A DNA stretch of 64,000 bases, taken from NCBI RefSeq assembly GCF_006345805.1, contig NW_021833238.1, positions 19,999-83,998 of the forward strand, in the 5' to 3' direction. The notes below the pieces were generated by a model. That model saw only the letters and a program-made list of their open reading frames with translations. It was not told the DNA's origin and did not search any database. Positions 38,487-50,955 of the stretch are shown here, one piece after another. A program made the position numbers and the translations under genes. The stretch is from Octopus sinensis. Taxonomy: Eukaryota. Every line of letters begins with the position of its first letter. The first letter of the stretch is position 1.

Positions 38487-39030
38487 GCAGGCATTGGCTT
38501 CCATGGCTTCTGATCTTAACTGATTGGAAGTGATATCATGTACATTGCTATGTCTTGGTATAAAAGATGGGCTACAGCAAATATTCTGCTCAATACCACA
38601 GATTTGCTTGTTAGTTGTTTGACCTTAACCAGTTGAGCATGTCCCTTAGTGGCTGATGATATGTGCATCTCAGATCACGAGCAGAAGTAGTGGGGGGGGG
38701 GCATCATAGCCATGTGTTAAGAATAATTCTTTGGAGTTTGAATAATTCACTTCTGGAAGCATGGACGTTTCATTCAACGTTCTGAAACAAACCTTATCCA
38801 GGGACTTTTTGAGTAAGATGGGCTACTCGACCTGAATAAAATTCTAACTGGGTTCCACCTGCAAGGTCATGCGATGTTTATGGTGATATGAGATCAGCAT
38901 GTCGCGCACATATGGTTGTGATGCATGTGCTTGGTGTACCCTTATCAGACGAGCAGTGATGACGGGTATACTGGGCTTCGTATATTTTACCCCAGTATTA
39001 CTTTGATGGCAAGCAGTGCTCTCTCACTCA
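38487..39030 (+). mobile_element. Unclassified interspersed repeat between triplet tracts, ending ...GCTCTCTCACTCA plus (AAT/GAT)n
   Basis: Bounded by (AAT)n and (GAT)n; its last 26 nt match (20/26) the stubs at 12716-12741 and 14631-14656, which also precede AAT/GAT tails. Confidence 0.5.
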
Positions 39031-40278
39031 ATGGTGATGATGATGATGATAATGTTGATATTGGCGACATCGATGATGATGACAGTAATAATATATCTTC
39101 TCTTTATTAGCATCAGTGAGCAATTTTTTTCTTTATATGAAACGTTTATGCTCACATAGAGATTGGATTCATGAAGGTTTTTGCCGTAATGTCAGAATTC
39201 TGTTATGAAATACCTGTGTTCTTATCGACTTCCGTGTTATAAATTGTGATGCATTTTCTATGAAAGTATTTCACAAAATAAAAAAAAAAAGACACTGCAA
39301 CTACTTCTATGATCATATCTATATTTTCTGTAAGTTGGGTGATGTTCTTTTTCTCCTATTTATCGTCTCTAAAAAAGAAAAAGAAATGTTTATTTTACGT
39401 TCGTCTATTTTTTGTTTTTATTCCTTGTCTGTTTATATTAGTGCTACCCCTATTCCTGTGAATACTGTCATAGAAAGAAGCCATTATTTAGCAAGTAGTA
39501 AATAAGCGTTTTTCGAATGCTGCACTTTCTATTAGGAAATTCTTGGTTAAGTGCTTGTATGATCAACTATCAAAACTGATTCCAGTGAAGTGAAAGTTTT
39601 CCCATTTACCCTGAACAGCTACAGTATTATATATGGAAATCATCTAGCCACAAAATGTTTTCTTTCCGAATAGGAGAAGCACTGGCAGCCATTTTGTCTT
39701 CCGCTACAATGAACCGAAGAATTATGGGTACATCACCCACCAATGACATTCTATGATTATGAATATTCTGCCTGTCTGCTCGTTGTAATATGGTGTAATA
39801 ACGTGAAACATGCCAAGTGTTTAACATTTGTACTTTTGGTGATTAAATTACATTTTTCCTTTTTTTCTCTCGCTGGTATTACTAAGAAATTTTGTGAATA
39901 CTGACATTTTACCGTTGAGAAATCTAATAATTTTACCAATGCACAGCTAATTCCTAAACATTAGTGGTCATGATTTCCTTTCGGGGAAAAAATGCATTGG
40001 TGTAATCTTATAATTCCATCAACGAGCACAAGGGAATGGTGCTGTTTAACACCATAATCCAGAATCAAAAGATATTTCAACCGTCCTTCTTGGGCAAAGT
40101 ATACATTTCTTATACCACAGTTACTTTGTAAGACAGTTGAATGTGATTCAATGACGATTTAACATCTATTTCTATATGACGTGCGATCACATAAGCGCTT
40201 CTTCTATCCTGAAATAGACGGTGGCAGTCCAGAAGTTACCAACAGTTTCCCAAAAGTTTTCTGTATAATGAGCAATAT

Positions 40279-40540
40279 AAAATAAAAATAAATGCGCCCT
40301 TTTAAAGCCTAGCCAGGTTCATGGGCCTGGTTTCCCGGTTTCAATGGCGTATGTGTTCCCCAGCTGGACGGGACGCCAGTACATCGCAACGTTACTCATT
40401 TTTGCCAGCTGAGTGGATTGGAGCAACGTTAAATGAAGTGTTTTGCTCAAGAACACAACGCGTCGCCCGGTCCAGGAATCGAAACCACCATCTTACGACC
40501 ATGATGCTGACACCCTAACCACTAAGCCACGCACCTCCAC
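40279..40540 (-). mobile_element. SINE family C
   Basis: 13-bp TSD AATGAGCAATATA on both sides. Confidence 0.92.
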
Positions 40541-42094
40541 AATGAGCAATATACTGCTGATATAATGAGCAAAACTTATGAACGAAACAAAATAAGTTGT
40601 ACATTTACATCCGCACGGAGATGTATCTTTGTACTTAACTTCCACACAGAAAAGCGTCAATATTGATACTTGCGTATTTACGGCACGTTGATAAAATTAA
40701 TTACAAGATAACTCAACGGGAAAATATTTAGTATTTAAAAAATAACTAGTTATACACACGAGAAAAAGGAAATGATTTGCTCAACAAAAAATTGAATATT
40801 ATGCTTGCAGTGTTTTTCTACGATTTGTTGCGCGTTGCTATGCATTGTTGTACTGTTTACTACGGCTCCTGCATGTCTGACAAAGATTTGAGGAGATTCA
40901 ACGTTAACACATTCGATATTAATGTGTTTGACAGTTACATATTTATGCATATCTTACCGAATATCTAAAGAGTAAATCATCGTGCTAAATAAGAAAGGAA
41001 GTGTCTCAGAGTATGAAGTATTTATCTGCCTTTATCAGTGGGAAAGAAAATGTGTCTCGAATTGCAACAATTCGCTATAATAGCACAAAGCTGTGATATT
41101 TTAAAGTGGAATTTATACGATAACAAATGAAAGAACTCATGTGAATTGTTTCTTATCTGAATAATATTAAAAATGTCACGTTATTAGCTTGACCTGCTGG
41201 GAAAAGCAACTAAATCTCCCTCAAATTTCACTACACCATCTTACAAAAGAAATGACACATTTAGTAATATGTTCACTGTTTGAAAAAAATAACAACTACA
41301 ACAAAAATACGACAGATTAAAATAGTAATCAACCAAACAAATATTTTATTCATCATTTTGTGAAGTAACTCTGATCAAAGTCATTGAAAATGCAACCAAC
41401 TTGTTTTAAAATAGATACAGATAAGCTGATAAAATACCAAGTACCTGAGATTACGATCTTTTTGTGTTGCAGTTTGAAGTATGTCTAGAGTATAAAGAAA
41501 AATACATTTTTACTACGAGAAATTTTATAACTTAACAAATTGAATATATTGTATTTCATGTTTATTATTAGAAAATAATTGACTGTTTTTAAAGACATCT
41601 AACATAATTGATGAGCCGCTGTGACAAAGATCCACCTCATAAGAGAAGAGACTGTAGTTGAATGGCGGAAGAAGTTTTCTTAGTGAATAAATTGAATGGC
41701 TTCTTTGTTATATCTGCTGTTACGAAATCATATTGTCTTTTGAGTTTATAAAAAGCATCTGCTGTGATTGATGAGACACTGAACAAATATCTTCCTTACG
41801 ATTGATCAGTCTTTCAAGTACGTTATAAATATGATGCCAAGTTAATGCAAGCAATAGCACTGATGCTTTCGTTCTCTACGTCTTCAGTTTATTTTTGCTT
41901 TCAGATCAAGTCCATGCTGGGAAAACGCCTACAGATTGGTTCGAGCATATTTTTGTTATCGTGGATTGAGCCGTAGTGGAAAACATCTTTAGATTTTTAT
42001 TTCAGTTCGTGTTAGCGATCGCAGTTGGGGACATGCGCGAGCAACATCAATGGATTTATTTTAGAACGTTTCAACCCTTACAACAAGGTTAAAG

Positions 42095-42245
42095 TGGCAT
42101 AATGCACATGGTGCTTCCCAGCCACGTGGTTCCGGGTTCAGTCCTACAGCATGGTGCCTTCGGCAAATGTCTTCTAGTATAGCCACGGATCGAGCAAGTT
42201 TTGTGAGTGGATTTCGTAGAGGGAAACTGAAAGAAGCTCGTATGT
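42095..42245 (+). mobile_element. Old partial family-B SINE
   Basis: CCACGTGGTTCCGGGTTCAGTCC...GTGAGTGGATTTCGTAGAGGGAAACTGAAAGAAGC followed by microsatellite. Confidence 0.7.
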
Positions 42246-42323
42246 ATGTATGTATGTATGTATGTATGTATGTATGTATGTATGTATTATGTATGTATGT
42301 ATGTATGAATATATATATATATT

Positions 42324-42376
<53 letters not shown>

Positions 42377-42666
42377 GAAGAGAGAGATAGAGAGAGAGAG
42401 ACGAAGAGAGAGAGAGAGAGATGGGCAATTATGCAGATAGACAAATAAGACACATAAATTTTTTTTATCCGCATATTTGGCTCTATAACCGCTCAACTCG
42501 ATCCCTCTTATAGCCTTTTTTTACCTTGTGGAATCGATCACTTGTAAACACGTCAGTGTCAAATTTTGAATCTTTTGCGCATTACTAAGTGCCGTCTATA
42601 AGTGTGTGTGTATGTATGTGTGTATGTGTGTGTGTATGTATGTATGTATGTATGTATGTATATATA

Positions 42667-42741
<75 letters not shown>

Positions 42742-42743
42742 AT

Positions 42744-42948
42744 AACGGGAAGGTTGACGAAAATAACAAAAGACGAAGGCAGGTGGAGTACAAACAAACA
42801 ATGTATTAGTGTGGCGCTCAGGAATAGAAATAAAACAAGTCTTTTACGTTTCGAGCCTACGCTCTTCGACAGAAAGATACACAGAAAAAAACAAGGTGAG
42901 AAACAAGGAGAGAAAAAAATGCGTGTAGGAGCTAACAATCTATCATGG

Positions 42949-42950
<2 letters not shown>
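42744..42950 (-). mobile_element. ~205-bp insert inside (TA)n carrying a hammerhead motif; probable solo PLE pseudo-LTR piece
   Basis: Perfect TA tracts on both sides; hammerhead at 42840-42877. Confidence 0.6.
42840..42877 (-). ncRNA. Minimal type I hammerhead motif with variant core CUGUCGA
   Basis: Minus strand reads UCUUU-CUGUCGA-A-GAGC(GUAG)GCUC-GAAAC-GUA/AAAGA: 5-bp stem I, 4-bp stem II, palindromic ACGU stem III, GUA site; A6 is replaced by U. Confidence 0.7.
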
Positions 42951-43014
<64 letters not shown>

Positions 43015-43245
43015 TGCATGTATAAGTACATATATACATATATACGTACGCATTGACAGAAAAGACGAAACTAGACGTCTAGTCTCAGGATTCCTGAAGC
43101 GGTTACCCCCTCTGTTCAGCATGTGTGTATACATTTGCGCGCTTAGTACAGCATTAAGCGTATTTTAACTTTTACTTCTAGTAATGAATATGTTTGGCAC
43201 TCTTAGTCACACTTAGCGACGACTGATTTTTTCTTTATATAATAC

Positions 43246-43315
<70 letters not shown>

Positions 43316-43554
43316 CTTGCAGAAGGAAAAGATTACTATTAATATTTATGTTTGAAACTTTTTTTTCTCAGCTCCATTTTAATGTGGGTGCTTCTTCAGG
43401 TGTCGCATTTTCATTAATCTCAAGTTGAAAAGAGTTCCACGTGTGTTACCATACGATCGGATTTCTCAGAGAATTAACAGGTGGTAGCCAATAAAGAAGC
43501 ACAGGAGCTTTTAAGAGCTTATCCTGAGGCTTTTGTCCGACAAACTAAACATGT

Positions 43555-43655
<101 letters not shown>

Positions 43656-44249
43656 ATACATATTGACATGTTTTCGAAAAGATAATTAAAAGAGCTCGCG
43701 CACTCTAAAAAGAAACTTCTTTCCAAAAAGATTAGTGACGTTCTGATAAAGAACTTACATTTTTAAAAAAGTGATTTGAAGAAAAATCTTTTTTACACTT
43801 AGTAAAACTGTACCTAGTAATTTTCACAAAGATTAATGTGTGTGTGTGTGTACGTGTGTATATGTGTGTGTGTGTGTGTGGTGGGGTGTGCATGGTAATG
43901 CTTCCACTAGTAGAAAAGCACTCGATTAACTAAGGGAGTAAAGATAATCTTAAATTAAAAGTCACACATCTTGCCAATAGCTTCCCAAGTTTTCCTGGTC
44001 GAAATAATAATTTATTCTGCCATTTATCAAGCTGAAAGCAAGACTGTTTGTCAGTTGTCTTTTGAGCAGATAACGTTTAAACAAAAGGACGCTTGTCATG
44101 AAGACAAAAAATAAAAAAGGGAGATAACCAGCGTAACAATAATTCGATGTGAAGTAGATGTAAAGCAGATGATAATGGTTTACTAAGTGCCCGGTGGTCT
44201 GCTTTTAAATTCTGACAAGATGTATTTTTTGAAATGTGAAGATAAAAAA

Positions 44250-44660
44250 AAATAATTCACGAATTATGTATCCGTTGGAGGTTCTCAAGTGTTTGATAGA
44301 TACATTTTTTTCAAGCGAGCACACTGAACATTTTTTAGACCCGTTAATTTAGAATCTGGAATTAGAGAAGATTTTCCATTTGATACCGAAATTGGTCCTT
44401 TGTCTTTAATTTTCCGCATTAAAACCGAAAGTGTTGTTGAAGATTTCTTATCACGGTACTTAAAATTCGTAAGATGGTTGTTATATCTAGGTTTAAACTT
44501 TCCTTCCACGGTTCCGATACAACTTTTCATATTTGTACGACCATTGTCGTAGTTTGCTGAAACCTGTGATTTATAAACAACGGAAAATATATCGCACTTC
44601 TGTCCAGGGGAGGATTGTTTTACTTCCTGCCCGTGTTCATTTTATATACAGTTGAATGCG
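44250..44660 (-). pseudogene. Old PLE GIY-YIG endonuclease fragment (second family)
   Basis: In-frame SVVYKSQVSANYDNGRTNMKSCIGTVEGKFKPRYNNHLTNFKYRDKKSSTTLS aligns by eye with VVYRAKV...[34 protein letters not shown] of the array ORF. Confidence 0.7.
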
Positions 44661-45280
44661 CAGTTAGCATAACCCTTAGTTTATGCTTGTAGGAAAAGGC
44701 ATTGCATTTGGTTATTGTTCATGCTGGCATCTGGCTATTGTTCCTTTGAAATTTTTAGGATGTTAGCAGAATATGGTTACCATTGTATAATTTACAAATT
44801 CTTTATCCTTCAATTTTATTAGTTGACTTTTTTCATTTGATTACTTTTCGTACAAGAAAATTAACTTCTGATTATCCTGTTCCTATTCTCCTGTTTTTCT
44901 TAATTTTTTTCTTCGCTATAGATTATTAGTAGTAGTAAAGGCATCTCTGATATCCTAATTATCTCATCTTAGTATATTATTAAAAATGGGCTAAATATAA
45001 ACATGGTAGATAACCGATTATGTGACAAAGGGAATCTAGTAAATAGCTAAGGTTATTTTTATGATCGCTTCTGCTTTTGCTGTAGTTCTGTCATGGCTCA
45101 TATATTAATTTGAAAGGCTATGTCTATCAATTATAATTTCGCAAAAAATTATAAGATCAATGCATGTAAACGGTGTGGAATTAATAAAATCTCATAAAGT
45201 AGTCTTTAAAGTACAGATGGTAATCTCTTATCTTTAATGTATCTCAATAGAGCCCATAGTAGATATACTATATTACCTAT

Positions 45281-45507
45281 CTCTTTATTACCCACAAGGG
45301 GCTAAACATAGAGGGGACAAACAAGGACAGACATAGGTATTAAGTCGATTACATCAACCTCAGTACGTAACTGGTACTTATTTAATCGACCCCGAAAGGA
45401 TGAAAGGCAAAGTCGACCTCGGCGGAATTTGAACTCACAACGTAACGGCAGACGAAATACCTCTAAGCATTTCGCCCGGCGCGCTAACGTTTCTGCCAGC
45501 TCGCCAC
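45281..45507 (-). mobile_element. SINE family A, long-tail subtype
   Basis: Near-identical to 258-483. Confidence 0.9.
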
Positions 45508-46306
45508 CAGTACTGCGTCAGTTTTATTGTGACTCTTTATGAGTGGGAATATTTCAATAAAAACTGATACTATATGTCAGTGTATGTTAAATGTACATGG
45601 TATTATCAAATTTATCAAATACTTTTTCTCTCCTACTAACGACTCATAATCAACTTGAAAAATATCTAAAGTGTAAATATATTCCCAAAATATCACCTAA
45701 ATTTGGTTAGTTTTGAGATAATGACATTTCAAAATATCAGGAAATGATTTTAAGTGTATGATAATTTTGAATGAAATACGAGAAGTGACGCCTCTTTAAC
45801 TCCCTTGTTTAACACATCAGGTGATACATGATCACATTCTTAACATTTTCTAACCAGTGCATTATAGATCTCACTTTCCAAGGTTTTTCTAGTTGCTTCC
45901 ACAATTTACATTGAACGTTAGGAAGAAGCCAATCTATTGTTGCATCTTTCCCCCACTTTTCCCAACCAGATATAACAGTTCTTCATAACTTGCTGTCAGC
46001 AACTGAATTGTTACATTCACGTCTCCTTCCACTATTGTATTTTCATACAGTGACTGTGCTTCAAGGATCTCCTTGTTAATTCAGGAACATCATTTGTGCG
46101 AAAGCGTTTGTGTTAAAGTTAGCATTCAACATAAAAATGCCAAACTAGAAATAGATATATGCCGAGAAAAAAATAATGTTAATAATAGACTATTGGTAAA
46201 ATCAATATTATTCGAAAAATACAGAAGACAAATTTGAAGATATTTCTGTCTTACTCCAAGAGAAGCACAGTCTCTTAGCTTGAGCTTAAATATCGTTTTT
46301 CATGTA

Positions 46307-47601
46307 TTAGGTTGACAACTAAGTTCCCACCGTTTTCTTAAGTTTAAATTTAAAAAAAGGTTTAATAAAAAAATAACAACTAATTAGTCAAAAATGTATT
46401 CACTCTTGTTGTTTATAACTTCTTCCCAACGTTCAACAAGATTTTCAATACCTCGTTGGTAGAAATCACCCGATTTCGACTCGAAAAATTCATTCAGCCA
46501 AGCTCTCAATTCTGCATCAGTATTGAACGAAACTCCGCACATAGCATTTGAAAGAGATCGAAAGAGGTGGAAATCCGTAGGTGCCAAATCAGGAGAGTAC
46601 GGCGGGTGTGGCAGCACTTCCCAGCCATGCGTTTGAATGGCTTCCTTGGTCATATTGGCGATATCAGGGCGGACGTTGTTGTGCAGTAGGAGAACTCAAT
46701 GCTGACGATTAAATCTTTTCTCTTGAATAGCCGCGTTGAGTCGCTCCATCTGTTGAACATAGAGTTCCGCGTTGACCGTTTGGTTCCGTTCAAGCAATTC
46801 GTAATGGATAATCCCTTCCCAGTCCCACCATACGCACAACATCGTTATACGCGGATGAAGATCTTGTTTCACGCGCGGTGTCGCTTGTTTACCGTGGCTA
46901 AGCCATTCCTTACGCTGCTTCATATTGATGTACAGGCACCATTCTTCGTCGCCGGTAACGATTCGGTAAAGAAATCGTTGCTTGTGTTCATGAGTTGAGC
47001 GGTGACGAGCAAGTAAACTAGCGGAGATTGCGGCTCGTTGATTTTTGTTGTTGTCACTTAAAGCATGTGGAACCCATGCACCATACTTCTGAACCTTTCC
47101 CATCGAGTGAAGATGCTTCTCTATAGCAGCATGGGAGCATTCCCTTTTCTCTGCCAGTTCCCTTGTTGTTTGACGAGAATTTTCGTGCAAACGTTGGTTT
47201 AATCGCTCTTCATCGAACTCAACTGGACGGTCGGAACGAGGTGCGTCTTTGAGGTCAAACTTTCTATTTTTGAACTTGGCATACGAATCACGAGCGATTC
47301 TTTCAGCTATGGCACCCTCTCCATACACAGCACCAATGTCGCGAGCAGCTTTTGCGGCCTTAAAACCTTGATTCAAAGCAAAAATGCGGTGTCGAAAATG
47401 CTCGTTTTTCTTAAATTGACATTTCATTTTAAAGATCTGGAAAAAAAACAAAAATTAACTAAAATTACCTAGAAAAAGAAAAAAAAAATTCCAAAATGAT
47501 TCAAAAATAGAATTCTCGAAAAAAAATAGATTCCAAAATTTAAAAACGCAATAAATTCCAAACTTTAAAATAAAATGGCGAGAACTTGGTTGCCAGCCCA
47601 A
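46307..47601 (-). mobile_element. Full-length mariner (1295 bp)
   Basis: ~30-bp imperfect TIRs TT(A/G)GG(T/C)TG(A/G)CAAC(T/C)AAGTTC..., TA flanks at 46305-06 and 47602-03. Confidence 0.93.
46384..47430 (-). pseudogene. Mariner transposase, one reading frame broken by a single TGA
   Basis: ORFs 46696-47451 and 46384-46653 are in frame across NRQH*VLLLHNNVRP; motifs WVPHAL, IVTGDEEW and YSPDLAPTD are present; the second catalytic Asp (LHDNA) reads LHNNV. Confidence 0.92.
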
Positions 47602-47885
47602 TAGATGGTACTTCTTAAATACTTGCTGGACATGCTCTAATAAATATACAACATTGTACATTGACTTAGTGACTCTGTTATCAGTTATATTGTCAATACG
47701 GTGGAATCTATTTTTCATCGAGGAATAGTATAGTATGAATGGAGTTATCTTCTGTATTCGCCTGTGTTTTTACTTTCCGCAGATGCATTTCTAGCTAGTT
47801 TCTTTATTTTTTCTTTTAATGCTGCACACGTTAAATAATAAAATACTCCAATGTATCTATCTGCCCGTTTGTCTGCCTCTCTGCC

Positions 47886-47887
47886 TC

Positions 47888-47976
<89 letters not shown>

Positions 47977-48005
47977 GTATCTATCTATCTAACTATCTAT
48001 CTATC

Positions 48006-48094
<89 letters not shown>

Positions 48095-48131
48095 CCCTAA
48101 CTCCCTCCTTATCCACCTACCTACCTACCAC

Positions 48132-48192
<61 letters not shown>
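47886..48192. repeat. (TATC)n tetranucleotide microsatellite
   Basis: Directly visible. Confidence 0.97.
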
Positions 48193-48195
<3 letters not shown>

Positions 48196-48639
48196 GCCTT
48201 TTTAGCTGTTTCCCTAAACTTTATTTCTAGTTAGAATTCCAATGTGCCTTACATTATGTTCTCACTATCTTATTATTTCATTATTACTCTTGTATTTCAA
48301 CAATACATTTCCGTTCATATTTCAAATTCCTCGTCAATTGCATTAATCTTATTCATTACTTCTGCGTCTCTGATGTAAGTGAATTCTAATATAGTATGAA
48401 CGAAGATGTGGTGAACATTTTGAAATATATCTTCCTGAATTGTCAACTGAGTTTTCCTCTGCTCAGGTACAGAACTGATTTAGAGATAGCTCTATTGTTA
48501 ATAAAATGAATTCCATTGTTTTACTGGTACTGATCTTATCACCACCGGTGAAAATAATTGCATTTTATTCTGTCTGTATTTAAACTTATATCATTGCAGC
48601 AGGGAAATATTACTTGAGTGGCTGTGTGGTAAGTAGCTT

Positions 48640-48679
48640 ACATACATACATGTATGTATGTATATATAAACATACATAC

Positions 48680-48732
<53 letters not shown>

Positions 48733-48753
48733 TACATATATACATATATACAA

Positions 48754-48788
<35 letters not shown>

Positions 48789-48791
48789 CAC

Positions 48792-48854
<63 letters not shown>

Positions 48855-48865
48855 ATATATATATA

Positions 48866-48917
<52 letters not shown>

Positions 48918-48920
48918 ATA
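48640..48920. repeat. (TA)n/(CA)n tract preceded by a ~25-nt family-B SINE head stub (48616-48640)
   Basis: GAGTGGCTGTGTGGTAAGTAGCTT runs directly into the microsatellite. Confidence 0.9.
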
Positions 48921-49819
48921 CTAGTTCAGTTTTATTCTAACTAGAGGCCTTTATTTCTAAACTAATTGTACCGAACGAATCCATTTCCTTACTAATGCAT
49001 TCATACTTAATGTCAAAGTGTTAAATTATTTAAATGTATTTTTTACATTTACTTCTTTTATTGATCTTTCTGTGTTTTCCCCAGGCTCTCTTCCCAGTTA
49101 TGGAAAATATCATTCGATGGAGGTATATGTAAAAGTAAAGTAAATCCTCTTGACATTACTCAATTTGTAGAACTCAAAGGGCCGATTACCCGATTTTCAT
49201 GACATATAAGTGACGAAGATTGCAGAATTAATTCCGAACGGAACGCGAGTTCGTTGCGGGGTTCATCATTTATAGCTCAATGGACCAATGCAGCATGGAC
49301 TGAACTATTTTGTAAGAAAACACAACGCACTGCCTAGCCCTAGAACGGAAACCACGATCTTGCGATCGTTAGTGCAGCAGCACAAAAACGAGGCCGAAAA
49401 TATTCAAATATGATTCATCTCTCAGAATGAGGCTAACAGTCTACAACGTCGTCATCATATAAACAGTAACACATCTCATCTGAAGCAAAGATGACAAGTT
49501 TACATATTACAATGTTGTACATTGTATCTACTTAGTCTCAAGTTTATAGTTTGATGTTGGCATGTTCCATATGCGTGTGTTTGTGTGCGTGTATACATAC
49601 ATACTATATATATATATTATATATTATATATTATATATATAGATATATATATATATATATATATATAATACACACACATACATACATGTATATGTATATA
49701 TATATAATATATATATTATAAAGCGTCGGAACTTCTGGGAGGTCATATTTACATACCGAAATCTACCGTAAATAATTGTTGGTTGTCTGAAAAACCATCG
49801 AAAAAATATTTTACCCTTT

Positions 49820-49859
<40 letters not shown>

Positions 49860-49883
49860 TTATTTTAAGCAGCAGAAAATTCA

Positions 49884-49937
49884 ACAAAATCTGTTACTCT
49901 GAGTTTCTCGTTGCCGTTCATCAGACAGTGTTCTTGC
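49884..49937 (-). ncRNA. Minimal type I hammerhead ribozyme (array copy 1)
   Basis: CUGU-CUGAUGA-A-CG(GCAA)CG-A-GAAA-CUC(A)GAG-UA/ACAG; predicted cleavage between 49895 and 49894. Confidence 0.85.
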
Positions 49938-50955
49938 TAGAATGGAACATATATATTAATTCATCTATACTCTTACAAACGCTAACAAACACTGTACACC
50001 TTAAAAGAAATGGACTTGTTTTGATTGCCCTTTAGAAAAACGGTCAATCTTCGAGCGATAAACAAAAAGGTCAAAAATATGTATATATATATAAAAACTT
50101 ATAAAAATTATAAATCCGAGGAAATACCGAGGAAAACCTGTTGCCGTTAATGAAGACAGTACAATTAATGCATAGAAATTAAACCTGTTATAAATATTGC
50201 AATACATATTTATATTAAAATCCACATATATATATCACAACATACACAAAAGGATGCGCGTAAACGCCATACATACATATACAGACTATGAATATGAATC
50301 TAAATTATACACATAAAAGCATGTGTACATATATTCACGCAAAACGTCTCGCACGCAAGCTAAAATTCATCTATGTAGCAATTCTCATATACTGAGCAAG
50401 GAGGGGGAACGAAAGAAAGGGAAAGAGAAAAAGGAACGAAGGAGGGGTGGGGAAAAAAATTTGTAGCGATGTTATTTGGCATCTATAGAGGCCAGTATAC
50501 ATACACAAGTTTGAATCGATACATATACATACCGTCGTGTGTATGCGTGCTTAAGCACAAGCATACTTTCACTTACACATACACAGATACGTATGCTTAC
50601 AAATACATATGCTTTGCTATACACAAACTTATATAAACATTCTAAATTTGACAACATTGCTTTTTTTATATAAAAAAAAAAAAAAAAAAAACATTGCTTT
50701 TAAAAATTCGGTGCATTAATAAAAATAATACAAAGACCTATAAAATAAAATATAACATCTATTTTGGGTCATTTATAAATAATCAAGGTAAATAAATAAT
50801 CAAGAAGGTATCTTTATGCAATACAATAACATGAAAACAAAGTTTGTAGGTTTTTCCTAATATATATGTAGAAACAATAAGACTTTGCTATAGGTCCGTT
50901 GCAGCGCTCAAGAGTCCAAATCAAAATCAAAAAATCAAAATACAAAATATATACT

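Noticed and set aside
38654-38690. CTGATGA in the unclassified repeat, and TCATCAG at ~6125 and ~8732
   Set aside because: No stem II followed by GAAA, so not hammerheads.
50390-50660. Recurrent small ORFs in the PLE 3' UTR (e.g. MYIYSRKTSRTQAK..., MLSNLECLYKF...)
   Set aside because: They recur only because the unit is repeated; low-complexity, with variable starts and stops between copies.
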